Below, piece by piece: positions 1 through 13,504 of a stretch of DNA of 64,000 nt; the first letter of the stretch is position 1, and each line of letters starts with the position of its first letter. The position numbers were made by a program, and so were the translations under genes. This DNA is from Phoronis australis (lineage: Eukaryota; Animalia; Phoronida): assembly GCA_002633005.1 (NCBI GenBank), contig NMRA01000948.1, positions 1-64,000 of the forward strand, written 5' to 3'. The notes under the pieces are model-generated. The model had not been told where the DNA came from. It did not search any database and worked only from the letters and a program-made list of their open reading frames with translations.

Positions 1-2730
1 TAAATTAAAAAACAACATTTTCCCATACTTTGTCAAAAAAAACAACTAAAAATGTACACTTAAGGCAGATTTTTTTTAGCAGTTTGACATCAATAGCGAA
101 TTAAGGGGGGGGAGGCAAGAGGGCTACACCCCCCCTAAAATTCCCCCAGATTCCATTTGGCAGATCAGGAGTGCCAATGTCTGAATGACAAAATCCTAGC
201 TAATACTCTTCTCTGGTTCCCCTAACACAAAATCGTGGATCTGCCCCTGGACATACATATCATTAAAATCGGTTCAGTAATGGATATTTAGCAACTGCAA
301 ATTTATCCTCTTCTCACGTGCTGCAGTAGTTCGATTTTTAAAAATATTCATTAATGCCCCCATTTGTTGAAACGAATATCAATATAAAGAAGAAAGTTTA
401 AATATTTCTGTGGCACACTTTTCATTTTCCACCACTTTTCATGCTAATATATATGAGCTTCTGAAAATCATGAAAATGGCAAAATTTCGCTCTTGCTGAA
501 TTTTGGATATATTCAGTTGGTAAACCATGGCTTATGTATTGTAGACGTAGTGACGAATGAGAAACTACATTTAGGTCGAGCCAAAATTCATACAAAATCA
601 CAAAATTCAAATTAAATTTCATCGTAAACGACTGAGAATTCAACAAGTGAAAAGAATTATCCATTTAGCTCAACCTTTTCATTGGGCCAAACGCCTCGAT
701 TCGTGTGTTGAACTGTGTCAGCAAGCGGGCCGATCAACAACTTATCAAGATAATTAAGACACGTTTTGTAGCAATAATCCGACTTGAATGGCTCGCATAT
801 GCGATTTAGTTTGCATTAAACACAACAAATTAATTTCAAACTCAAAAATTTGCTTGACGTGCCTGAAATAAAAACGAAAGTTCACCTTCGTTACTATGCT
901 TAGCCATGAGACCGGAAGTTTTGAATCCTGCTCACGTACTTTTGCGTTAGGCCGCGAGACTTCACGGAGTCGCGAATCTCTTTACTAATATCTATGGTTG
1001 CATAAACATCAACACATTTGAATAAGATATGATTAAGCAATAAGGCCCAAGTTATAAGCAATCACGGTGTGACAATAAAAGTATTTTTGCATGAATGACG
1101 TGCTTCTAAAAATATTCCTCAGGGTCAGACCCTGGAGTTCAGTGATTCCTACCTGAGCTCACACGAAGCAGGACGTTGAACCTTGACTTAACGTCTTTGG
1201 TCATTTTTCAGACCTCTATCAGGCTCTATCAGATTTCTCCTCTAGTGTGCAGTGGATGTTCTCAGTGTCTTTGGCGACAGCAATATATCTCGAGTGTTGT
1301 AACGATGATTCGGGCAAGTGAATCTAATAAGGTAGATTATGTAGCTCCTGCTCCACACCTGCCTCCGAGGCAGACACTGAGACAGACTACTTCTCAGGAC
1401 TCAGGAGGACACGTTCCACCTCCACATCAGCTCCACGTACTCTTCTAAGGTGCTCAAATGTCTCGCTCTATACCTTGTGCATTTCCCAAGAGTTTCCAAA
1501 GTTGTTTCTCTCCGCAATTTGTAGAAATACCACATTCGATGCGACTGGCAGTGCCAGATAAATAGATAAATTCGCAAACCCGCACTTTAGGTCAGCCATC
1601 ATTCAACTAACGCATTGTAAGCTTTAGTTTGGTATTCAGACGAGTTGGATGAACAAATTTAGTATAATTTCATATTTTAGTGGGAAATGCTAGTGTCTTT
1701 AAAATTAATTAAAAACATTTAAGCAAACCAATTCTTTTAATTGTTGTATTATACCACGGCATATTAATGCGTAGAAACGGCGCACAACTAGTGACTGGTT
1801 TAACATGACAAATACACATACGCGGTCTGAAAATAGTGAAATTCAGACACCTATTACCAAGCCTGCCTGAAGGGCTGACAAAGTTTTTATTGTATTAATT
1901 TCAAGGGCATGGAGTCTTCTACATGTCCATGTTATTATTTTTAGTTTTCTCGCGGGGGCAGCTTCGCTATAAGGGTACAACTTACTGCTGGTTTTTCACA
2001 AGAAGGAAAGGTACCTCCACGGAAACAGTTCCAGTGTTACCATGGTAACAGATATTGCAGTGTCGGTGCCGTTTTTACTGACATTGGTCATGAACCTATC
2101 GTGTGATATCAAAATTGTTCAGAAACGATTCTGTTTGAAGCAGAAACTGGAGTAGAAAATTTGGTCAAAAATGACTCATTCCACAACAAGAAATTGCCTC
2201 ATTTTGCCCCCAAGAACACTTCCCTTGTATCTCCTAAACCACCAAACTTTGTGGGGTCATACTTCACCCAATTTCTCTCATCCCTAATGTGATTTATCAG
2301 ACTAAACATGGATCTGAATGGCTGACCCCCCACCTTGCCGCCTGTTGGCTGTACAGTGGTCGGTGGATCCGTGGACTGATACTTAAGAGACAAGATAAAC
2401 CAGCCTTCAATCAAAAACAAATTTTGGTTTAGGCACTTTCACCTTGGCAGGAATCAGTTACCCTGTCCAAATAAGGTGACCACAGCCTAACAATAGTTCA
2501 TAGCTATCTTACGTGATGAACAATAATAACGAGGTGCACGAAACTTGGCCTGAAATTTCTAGAAAGTGTACCTAATTCGGGTTATCAGGCTCATTGACAG
2601 TTGTCAAATACTAAACTTCTAATTTTTAATTAGTAACACCTCTACAAAAAGTAAAGGAGTCAGCAGGCATCGTAGAAAATGTTCAAGTCCATTGCCAGAC
2701 CAACAAAATGTAATTGGATCCTCATTTTAG

Positions 2731-4629
2731 GAAGTTGAGCGACGATCGATAGGGCACAGCAATATAAAGCGAGAACTCCCAAGCCTGGGAAATTTTAGCA
2801 AGAGAGGTAAGGAATTGCTTTCACTGTTTTTTTTTACCAAATTCAGACATAAAGAGTACCATGATATTTGAAATCGCACCCTTTATATCAAGTTGAAATT
2901 GAATGGCATGCATTACCACTATTTTACTTGGTTGCCAAAAGCATATTGAGCAAAGCCAATCATGGCCACTACATATTTTGTATGTCCTAAGAAAAGCCAA
3001 TCAACTTGTAGTAATTGATCACTATTTGTAAATCACATGACCAAGTACCTTCAAAATCTGATGTCTGTTTTGACTAACACTCTGTCACCATGACTCCCAC
3101 AATCCATGTTCGAGTTTTCTGATTTATAGAAATCGCCAGTAAGCTGCATATGAAAGATTTGACCTCTTATGATTAACAAGCTGATATGACTGTAGTATTC
3201 ACCACACTGTGACAGTAACAAGCTGATATGACTGTAGTATTCACCATACTGTGACAGTAACAAGCTGATATGACTGTAGTATTCACCATACTGTGACAGT
3301 AACAAGCTGATATGACTGTAGTATTCACCATAATGTGACAGTAACAAGCTGATATGACTGTAGTATTCACCATACTGTGACAGTAACAAGCTGATATGAC
3401 TGTAGTATTCACCATACTGTGACAGTAACAAGCTGATATGACTGTAGTATTCACCATACTGTGACAGAATATCAATTTGACATGTCATTTAGCATTTCAA
3501 GTTTTGCTTGATTCACAAATAATGTGCTCCAAGAACAACTGCGGCTGATCATTGATACCAAAAGAAATAATCATAAAGCTAATTTTCTACATAGGAGGCG
3601 CCGTGTATATCCGATGGGGCAGAAAAACATGTGGTGCTGACAGCGAGCTGGTATACGAAGGTAAATGCATCGACAAAGATTAACGGCATGTTACCATTTA
3701 CTGCCTGCTTGATTCAGGTTTTTGTGATTATGAGTCTTAATACTGTTTCATGTGAAGTTCATAATAAGTGCAAACTAATGAGGCATTCAAATTTGTTGCA
3801 GCTCTTACTGATGAGGTAGTTCTTTTAACTAGGAAAATTACGTTTTTATCTGACACCTACCATCATTGGTTCGAGACAACCGAAAGTTAGGATTGAAATT
3901 ATTACATGCCTTGTATTTTACTGATGGTGGTAACCATACTACTTGGTCTCAAAAAAATTCAATGATTAGATGGACGATTTTCTTAAATAAATTTGAATTA
4001 TGGGTAGCTTTCCGTAGATATAGTTTCTTGGGAAAAAAGGCGAGATAACCGAAGACCAAACAAAATCACACGCATGAAAGGTCTTGTGTCTACAGAATGC
4101 AGCACTGTACCTTAACTTTCATCTTAGGTTCCAAATCACCTATTGTTCAACAGGTCATGCTGGGGGATCCTGGTTTCAGCACACTGGAGGTGCATCTAAC
4201 TATATCTGTCTGCCCAAGCGCCCTCTTTGGAACAAAAGTGGAGGATGTAGTGCTTACGTCTATGGAGCAGAGTATGAACAGATTGATCAATTCCTGCCTG
4301 GCAACCATGAGGGCAACTTGGTAAATCAGAATGTTCCATGTGCCGTCTGCTACAATGGCAAACGTTCCAGTCAGTTGATGATTCCTGCACGTAACGTCTG
4401 CTTCCCAGGGTGGACACTGGAGTACCAGGGATACTTAATGACAGGAGCCACTGGACACAAGAACAATTATGATTATGTGTGTGTAGATGAGGCACCAGAA
4501 GGTGATCCAGCTGGGTATCGAGATGAAAATGGTGCTTTGTTCTACGCTGTATGTGCTCAATGTGGCTCCCTTCCTTGTCCCAGTTACATCGGTGGCAAGA
4601 AGTTGACATGTGCCGTGTGTACAAAGTAA
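2731..4629 (+). CDS. Short-chain collagen C4-like Cys-rich domain protein, paralog 1 (5' partial)
   Basis: Exons 2731-2806 (EVERRSIGHSNIKRELPSLGNFSKR), 3595-3660 (GGAVYIRWGRKTCGADSELVYEG) and 4154-4629 (HAGGSWFQHTGGASNYICLP...CAVCTK*). All introns are GT-AG with matching phases. YIRWGRKTC, GGSW..GGASNYICLP, VPCAVC, MIPAR..C..GW..EY.GYLM and CGSLPCP..Y..LTCAVC are typical of this invertebrate domain family. No first exon was found in the window. Confidence 0.85.
3174..3467. repeat. Minisatellite, 42-bp unit x7
   Basis: Unit TAACAAGCTGATATGACTGTAGTATTCACCATACTGTGACAG, near-perfect copies, intronic. It explains ORFs 3051-3488 and 3173-3475. Confidence 0.97.
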
Positions 4630-5764
4630 AGAAGGCATTGACGATAACAGTTATTTTGCCAGTCAGAGAACTACTTATGTTACTTAGCGCAAGAAATGTT
4701 TGAAAAGCATGCATGCTCTGTTTAACAATTACTCTAAATGAAAAGGTAGACCAGGGTCAGAGCAGTTAGCTGTCCTGCCAAAATCACGGTCATCTATAAG
4801 TCAGAAACAAGGTAGTGTTTCAGGAATACAAAACTATGGGCAGTCTCTGGCCAAGATTTTAAGATTAAGGTCAATGGAACTTTGACCTTAGTGACCCAGA
4901 TTTGATCTGTAAACAGACCATTGAATCATCAAGTACAAAGTGCTATTCCCCTTTGCTGTTGAGTTTCCAGTCACACTGAGAAACAATTTGTTAAATCTGT
5001 TTGGTCACTAGATAAATTGTATGTATGTGATCCATCTTGCATCATGTCAAGTAAAAAATGGGCATTTTCACTGCTGTTTAGTAAAAATTGTTGAATTCAA
5101 AACGTCAGTAAGAAACTGATGTTGGACAACAAGGATGTGATAAACTCCAGTTTTCCTGGGTTAGTAAGACAGCTGTTTATGATAATGAATAAAACGTAAG
5201 CTAGTATGCTAGCAATCAGGTAAAAACACGACAGAAAATACATAAAAAATTGCACTGTGCAGACTTTAAGAAAAATTGTCAGGAATTTTGAATTTTACAT
5301 GGGTGCCTACATTTACTGTTAACCATATACTAATAAAGCATAAAAATATTTCCAGGTGATCAGTTAAATGGGCCCATATGCGAGGCCTGCACACGTCTGG
5401 TACAACGTGTATCAGACCGCCTACAATTGATTTTTTATACATTTACTTAGGGTTTAGTAATTTTGCATTATCTTAAATGAAGATACTATAATTAACAAGT
5501 AAACACTATTACAACATATATGGACAAAAATGCAAAGTTAAAGAGAATAGTAAATCACTATTTTTAAAACAAAAGCAAGGATTACCAACAATTCAACATA
5601 CAAAAAACATTTAAATTCTGACACCACATGTTATGCTTATTAGACAATTCAGAAAAAAAAAACAGAAAAACCCACCAATTTTTAATGATCAGAACCTTTG
5701 CTTTCAGAAATTCCTAGTTTTCGTCAGATTTCTAAACAAAGCAAAAAATGCTGCAGAGAATGCA

Positions 5765-6230
5765 ACCATGCGTTGCTGACAGACTCAGGTCACAACAAAT
5801 AAAGGTGACTTGTGTTGTAGTGCTACAAGCCAACACAAATTTGAACAGAATGGCCAACATAAGTTAGTACATGATGTGTTGTTGTAAGACAGGCTGATAT
5901 AAAATAGAACAGAATTTGTTGCTGACAGACTAGCAAACACAAGCAAGACACAAAAGTGAGCACTGATGCCTTGTTAGGAGAGAGCAAAACAATTGTGCTT
6001 GGTGTTGTTGAAAGACAGACCAACACAAAATTCTACACCCTGTGATGTCAGACTGGCTATCAGGAAATTGGATAGACTGTGTTGTCAGATAGGCCAAAGC
6101 AAAATTAAACAGTCTGTGTTCTCAGAGTGGCCAACACAATATTGGACACACTGTGAATTGCCAGACTATCCAACTGAAGCATGAACAGACCCAATCAACA
6201 TCAGGTGTAACATGACACTGTTGGGATTAG
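5765..6230. repeat. Degenerate tandem repeat upstream of the paralog 2 start
   Basis: Recurring TG(T/C)TG-(A/T)CAGAC...CCAACACAA motifs at roughly 50-60 bp spacing. Confidence 0.5.
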
Positions 6231-6309
6231 AATGTCATGAAGTAAAACTAAGGGAAACAATTAGAGCTGGTCAGAGTCCAAGAACAGGGGAGACAGTGAA
6301 CACCCAGAG

Positions 6310-9300
6310 ATGAAGAAAGCAAGAATGGATAGCACTAGAAATGTAATTTTCAAGATATGTACAGCCATTGTCATGGTAACGCTGATCACATGGAATGGGT
6401 ACAACACAGAGAAACTTAAGCGCTTGGAAAATGAACGTGCCATGGTGAAAGAAGATTTATTGAAGGTCTGTTTATTTAATCGTACTGGCTTAATCTGTTT
6501 AGTAATTATTCATGAACAAATTTGCCTGATTTTCAAAAAAATATTGGCTATTCCTTCAAACAAAGTTGGCTGTGTACAAAAGTTTGAACTCAAACAAAAT
6601 GTAACTTTTGGTTTTAGGAAAATTAGTAAATCTTGTCCTTCAAGTGAATACTTGTTCCCTAAGGTAATGTAGGGCCTATAAAAGCCCAAATTCGGCTAAG
6701 TTAGGAAAACCATGTCTCAGAAACACCTGGTTGGATTCTGATGGAACTTTCAGACTCTACATCTTTAAAGCTCTGTTCTCAATAAATATCTAACAAATTG
6801 TTTAATTGTTTTAACATGAGCCATTTTTGTAAGAGGGGATATAAGCAAGTGGGGAGTCTCGCGAGTTTTTTTGAAAAAAAATTAAAGTTACAACAACAAA
6901 AACGAAATGATAATTTTGATAACTGAAATAGCATTTTTGAGATTTCTCTCGAATACCGTATGTCAAATTTGGTCTTAACGGCTGAAACCATTGCCTTGCT
7001 ACGAACATACCTTTCTATTTTGTTAAACTTTACTAAAAAGTCATGGTCACTTGACCCAATTAATGGCAGAGTGGCATAAAATCAAATCCCACAGGTTTTC
7101 TGGTTTTATAAAACTTACACTTTAACTGAGTTAAAATCTATACCTTTGCAGACTGGCTGCATAAACAGGCTAGTTATAGTTTGGTATCACTAACTAAGAA
7201 GTAACAGATACTGCCTTCCATGGGGGCTTTTCAAAACATGTCATTTTCTGCGTTGAGCAGGTACACAAACCAAGCTAGCACTTCCTCTATAGTCCAGATA
7301 TTCCTCATCTTGAGTATTGATTTGAAACCAGTTTTATAGCAGAGGTATCAAAGACCACCATGAAATTACTGTCAGTGACAACAACCAATTCAAAATTTCA
7401 TATCACTCCAAAAAGACTATGCACACTGTAATGTCTCTGTAACCGAGTCTTTGTAACTTGCTGACAGGCTGGCTATAACCCAAGCCCAGCCATTAATTTT
7501 GAAACTGAAGGCCACTTTCAACATGTATTGCATTTTTGGAGAAAAATAATTCAACAATTTTCTAGATTTCACGTGTTTTTGTGCATAATTACACACATCT
7601 AATAAATATATTCATCTTAGCAGAAATCAGTTACCCTGTCCAAATAAGCCTAACAATAGTTTATAGCTTTCTAATGAGGCACACTGATGAACAACAATAA
7701 CAAGCTGCGGGGGGGGGGGGGACCTTGGCCTGAAATTTACCAGAAGTTTGCCTAATGCAGGGTGTTTATCAGGGACACTGACAGTTGCAAAATACTTCAA
7801 CATGATGGTCTAGCTACTCATTATTTACTGAGCAAACAACTTGAAATGACCTGCATATTAAGTAAAGGAGTTAGTAGACATCACAGAAAATTCGCAAAGC
7901 TGTTTTCAGGCAACAAAATGTAATTGTACTCTCATTTTAGGAAGTTGAGCGACGATCGATAGGGCACGGCATTGCAAAACGAGAACTTCCGAGGCTGGGA
8001 AATTTTAGCAAGAGAGGTAAGGAATTGTTTTCACTGCTTTTTAACAAATTCAGACATAAGGAGTTCTACGATACTTGAGATCACACCATTCATATTAAGT
8101 AGAAAATTAGTAGCATACAATACTACCACTTGAGACTGGTTGTCAAAAGCATTTTGAACAAAGTCAATCGTGGCTGCCATATATTTTATATATCGTGAAA
8201 AAATCCTGTCAACATATACGAAGTCTTCAACTCAGATCACATGACCATAAAGTCCGCTGTTTCTGTTCAGACTAGGACTCCGTTGTCAGCATAATTCTTG
8301 CAATCTATGTTCCAGGTGGTTTACTGATCACCAACAGCTGATGTGTGAAAGACCTTTTAGGGTCAACACACTGACCTGTAACTAAAGTGTCCAGCATACT
8401 ATGACTTAACTTTTTGTATGGTGCTTAAATGTTTTCACAATAAAGTACAAGCTTATTTTTCTTGGAACTTATTACTCATTCGAAACACAGGGCTCGGAAT
8501 GACTAATGACAAAAAAGAAGAAAATTTTCCAGGTGACGTATTGTTCCAGAAATAGACTTGTGGGATAGATATGTTTTTCTGTGTAAAATTAATCTGAAAT
8601 AAATGTTTTTGCATGAATAAATGTGTGATAAAGAGACAAAAATGAGGAAACTGGAAATCAAAAAAGAAGAAAATCAAAACCAAAAGAGAGGAAATCCTCT
8701 TAAAAGAGGTAAATTCTAAGTCCAGGAAATATCCACCAAATTATGACCAGATTGTCTAGCTCCAACAATTTTGTAGTCTCCAGACACAGAACTTTGTTAC
8801 ACTCCAAGTCCTTTTTATTCAAGCTATTGGAGAACTGAACGATTTGCCAAATAGCCTGAAGGGGGCGGATGGTTATGATGACTTCAGACACTTCATCACT
8901 TACTTATGCATGTTGTCGTCATCCCTGTCCCTACCTTTGTTTCAATCATTAACCCTGTACAGTATACAATTCATTGTAAATATCATATAGAAGTTTTAAT
9001 TTGTTTTTAATTCAATTTGTATATTTAATTTGTAAATATTCATTTAATTTAATTTAACTCAATTTAATCTATTAATTTATTCAATTTAATTTATTCCTAT
9101 AAGAGGACCTTGCTGTATATTAGCCTATGGCTAAAGCATGTTTTAAATTAATCCAAAACATGACCATGACCATGACTATAATTATTATTGTTATAGTTTA
9201 GCGATTTGATTAGCACTTCACATTTTGCTTGATCTTTGAATAATGTACTTGAAGAACAACAGTACTGCTGGTGGTAACTGCTCAATAGAAATAATCATGA

Positions 9301-10816
9301 AGCTAATTTTCTACATAGGAGGCGCTGTGTATATTCGATGGGGCAGAAAAACATGTGGTGCTGACAGTGAGCTGGTATACGAAGGTAAATGAATTGACAG
9401 CAATTAACATGTTACCATAAACTATCTGCTTGATTCACTGTAGTTCAATTTGATCACACGATATACTGTTGTTATGTACTATGAAGTTCACAATGCGTGC
9501 ACACCAATTACATGGCTTATTGCTCAAATTTGTTGAAGATCTGCTGGATGCCCCCTAGTTCTTTTAACCACAAAAATATATTATGCTTTAGAGTAATATC
9601 TATCAACATTGGACAATAAGTTGCTATTGCTTATAGACACTGGGTCATGCTTTTATTATTGCATGCCATGTGTTCCACTGATGCCTATAACAACACCACT
9701 TGAAGGTCTCGCATTTTCCAGTCAAGATGTGAATTTAGATGCACGATTTTCTTTTATTAATAAATTTGAACTCTGGGTATTGTTCCTCAGACCAAGTGTC
9801 TCGAATAAAAGGCAAGACAACCAAGACCACACAAAAGTGGTCAGTGATGGTCATTTGAGTGGCTTAGCTGCGCCCATCTGGTACAGTTGCAGCACACTAC
9901 TCCGAAGACGCAACTCCAAATACCTGCTACTCCGAAAAAACACTACTCTGAAGACACCCATGTCTCCTCCAAACATGAAGACATTTGTTTCATTTTATAG
10001 ATGATACATTTTCCTCTGGTGAAGAGAACTTCAAAGAAGATATAAGAGTTGTTAATTACAAAAACAGTACTATAGTCATTGAACTTCTTTGTCCAAACTT
10101 AAGCTTTTGTGTGGGCATTTTGATACAAAGTAACAAATTAATAATCCATTTGTGAAACTAGGAGAAAATTATTAAGCTAGGGTGAAAAAATCACAAAATT
10201 AAAAAAAACATAGTTATGGGTTTTTTTCCGTGTACATACAGTAAGATGCAAGTGCATGCTAATGTCTAGTGTGTACGGACGCATCCCTGTGTTTGTGTTA
10301 ATCTTATTATTAAGCTTCCACGTCAGCTACTGTTCAACAGGTCATGCTGGGGGATCCTGGTTTGAACACACTGGTGGGGCTTCGAACTACATATGTCTGC
10401 CCAAGCGCCCTCTTTGGAACAAAGGTGGAGGATGCGGTGCTTACGTCTACGGAGCAGAGTATCAAGAGACTGGTCAATTCCTGTCGGGCAATCATGAGGG
10501 CAACTTGGCAGACCAGAATGTTCCATGTGCCGTCTGCTACAATGGCAAACGTTCCAGTCAGCTGATGATTCCTGCACGTAACGTCTGCTTCCCAGGGTGG
10601 ACACTGGAGTACCAGGGATACTTAATGACAGGATATCATGGACATAAAAACAATTTTGAATATGTGTGTGTAGATGAGGCTCCGGAAGGTGATCCAGCTG
10701 GGTATCGAGATGAAAATGGCGCTTTGTTCTACGCTGTATGTGCTCAATGTGGCTCCCTTCCTTGCCCCAGTTACATCGGCGGCAAAAAGTTGACATGTGC
10801 CGTGTGTACAAAGTAA
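6310..10816 (+). CDS. Short-chain collagen C4-like Cys-rich domain protein, paralog 2 (257 aa, N-terminal hydrophobic anchor/signal)
   Basis: Exons 6310-6465 (MKKARMDSTRNVIFKICTAIVMVTLITWNG...DLLK), 7941-8016, 9319-9384 and 10341-10816 total 774 nt in frame. Exons 2-4 are near-identical to paralog 1. The link to exon 1 is inferred from the phase-0 match. Confidence 0.85.
8488..8725 (+). mobile_element. hAT-like MITE (CAGGGCT ends), diverged copy
   Basis: Homologous along its length to 26740-26997. Flanked by GAAACA/GAAATA. Confidence 0.65.
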
Positions 10817-11899
10817 AGAAGCAGTGCTTGACATTAGTTTATATTTGTAATCAGAACTATAATACTTCATGAGATCTACAACCTCAGGAATAGATTATTT
10901 AGGATTCCGCACATCTAAACAGACTTGTATCACGTATCTGGTATCTGTATTCAGTGGAGCAAACACAAGGCTGGCACAGCCTGCAGCGTTCGACACAGGT
11001 GAAAATGCCCGCTCGAAAATACCAGTAGCAACATATTGTGCAGATTTGCACTTGTAGAAAATGAAGAACAAAAAAGAAAAAAAAATCCGAACAGCAGACA
11101 GTGCCTGTACGAGTCAATTTTTTACTCATACTTTACTTTCTCCACTTGTCTGTTGAACGTGTACTCACCTTTGTCGAGCCCTGTCTATGTTCAAAGGAAA
11201 TGCATGCAGAATCAAGACATAGGCTTTTGGCTCTTATAATAACGACAAGGGGAACACTAATGAATGCTGAAAATGCGTATCTGATAACCAGAAATATGTA
11301 TCCACAGTAAGGCCAAAAATGTAGACTTGACCTCAGAAAAATAAAACGCTGAAAAACCTGCTGGATCAGCTTAAATGTGTCAAGATCACACTGCCAATAA
11401 GAGAGTGATACAACAGAAACTGCAAAATAAAGGCTATTTCAGCATTTAATGTTAAGTTACAACTGGCAAGCTAGGTAAAATATGACGCCAATTCAAATTT
11501 GAGCTAGCTAAAATTTTTCAGTGAAACAAATGTCCAATAAGTGTCGTGTCTAAAATAGAGAAAAACCGCAAACTGAAATTTTGCCCAAGTTTCAAATCTT
11601 TTTTCAGAGGAATATCAATTGTAAAATAATGAAAATATAGCAATGAAGTGCAAGTATTGCAGTAAATATGTGGTTCTTATCATTTTCGGATTGCATGTTA
11701 CCCAAAAAAATCAAGACATCCCAAGAAATATTTAGTATAACATTAAAAACAGCAATGATAAGAGGAATTTCATGACGTCTGCGGATCAAAGATGTGCGGT
11801 TTGTGCAGGAATTTTGACTGACCCGAGTGGGCGTGCTGGCTAACCGGGACAGTCTATCATGATAAAATAGCGCTATGTAGCTTAAACAAACAAACAAAC

Positions 11900-13119
11900 A
11901 AACTGAAAGCGCTCCGAGGAGCGAACCTTGGCGAAATTAACCAAAAAGATGACGATAAAGATGATGACGAAGATGACGAATATGACGAAGATGGTGGCGA
12001 GGATGAACAAAAGAAGTTAATAACATACACATGACGAACGTAGGAGTCCGAAATCAGTAAGAAAAAGGCTAGTCTTGAGCGACACTTGGCGAAATTAAGG
12101 AAAAGACGGAGATGATGACGAAGATGATGACGATGATGACGAATATGATGATGTTGGTGGCGATGATGAACAACATCACAACATTCATATGACGAATTTA
12201 GATGTCATAAATCATTAAGAAATAGGCTGCAGTCTAGTTCAATTGAAGCTAAACCAACCTGAATGCAGCAAGAGCGCTCAACAAAGGAACAGCGTTATCA
12301 GAAAATCTCAAATAACTCAAAAAGTAGACGTCGTAGAGAAAAATGGAAAGCATCTTCTGAAAGCCCGTTCAAAGTTCTATCTAAAGTGATGGTATCGCCT
12401 AATTCCGTAAATTTTTCGAAAAAAATGAAATTTTGCGTTTTTTTTAAGAAATTCAAACTCAAATAACTCGAAAACGGTAAGTCTGAGAAAAAAATTGTTA
12501 CAGGCCATTTGAAAGATAATACTTCAAAGAATCTACATGCAAAAAATTATGTCTTTTTCTCTTCCCGTGTAAAATCGCACTCCAGAAGACTGAAAATGGG
12601 TCAATATGCGCCATATCCGCCATCTTGAATGCAACTTCCGGTTTTTTGGCATTGTATAATAGCATGTTACAAGAAACTAATACCTGTAAAAATTCGAAGG
12701 AATTGGTCTCATAATGCGCCCTCTAGAGGAGAAAACGTTTTTAAGCCAAAATCGAGGTGCGCATGCGCGATCGCCAATATTTCCGCCATCTTTAACCGGA
12801 AGTAAACAATTTCTAGTATACTTGTAGCAAACTTCCGGTCCATTTACTGTGCCGATTCTTAGCCTTTTACGTAAAAAATTGTAGCCTTCAGAAGCATTTG
12901 AACCTTTAAATGGAAACAAAATGGCCGCCACAGCCGCCATCTTGGATCCGATTTTGACGAAAAACAATAGGCTTCCACTACTTCCGGAAGTACGTGTTGT
13001 GTGTAAATTTCGTGATGATCGGACGAAAATTGCGACCTGTATCGTGCGAACAAAAAAAAAAAAAAAAAACTTAGTGGAAGAGCAACATACTTGGCGAAAT
13101 TTATTTCGCCAAGTAAAAA
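11900..13119 (-). mobile_element. Helentron-associated (HINE/DINE-1-like) non-autonomous element
   Basis: One end has the palindrome ACTTGGCGAAAT-TT-ATTTCGCCAAGT (13089-13114) beside a T-run on the - strand. The other end has subterminal CTTGGCGAAAT (11927-11937) plus the small stem-loop CGCTC-cgag-GAGCG (11910-11923). There is an internal GAT/GAC microsatellite and a second copy of the subterminal motif near 12085-12095. Confidence 0.7.
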
Positions 13120-13504
13120 TGTTATTGCTTTGCACTACTTTCGATTGTGATTAGATGGCCTTTTCACAAAACTGTAGAATAGTTACAGTTTTGTGAAACA
13201 CCCACAAGCTAGTAATGGCTTGTCTACGAGGGTACACTTCTACCACTAGAATCACCCTCGTTGATATCATTATTGCCATGGTAATTCTTCTCTTACTTGG
13301 CACATAATATGGCTGACAAGTGAAATTCTGTTTTGTCACAAAGTAATTCACAAAAATAAAGTTAAACAAAAAATTTAGTCTATTGCTAGCATGTTTTGTA
13401 CAGTGTAGATGTCATATAACAACATTTCAGACTGGTCTCTAGGTCACATGACGTGACCAACGTATGTCGTGCAAGAAGACATGTCTTATAGTTGTTACTT
13501 ATCT

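Noticed and set aside
3051-3488. Repetitive ORFs (SQYGEYYSHISLLL / CHSMVNTTVISACY)
   Set aside because: Products of the 42-bp intronic minisatellite.
4196-4714. 172-aa - strand ORF (and its twin at 10323-10811)
   Set aside because: Antisense shadow of the C4-like exon. Its conservation just reflects the duplication.
4960-4980. CTCAGTGTGACTGG on the - strand as a possible next POLD1 exon (SVTG)
   Set aside because: Wrong splice phase, and the continuation does not resemble POLD1.
11945-12170. Asp/Glu-rich-looking GAT/GAC tract
   Set aside because: Microsatellite inside the Helentron-type element, with no splice-supported ORF.
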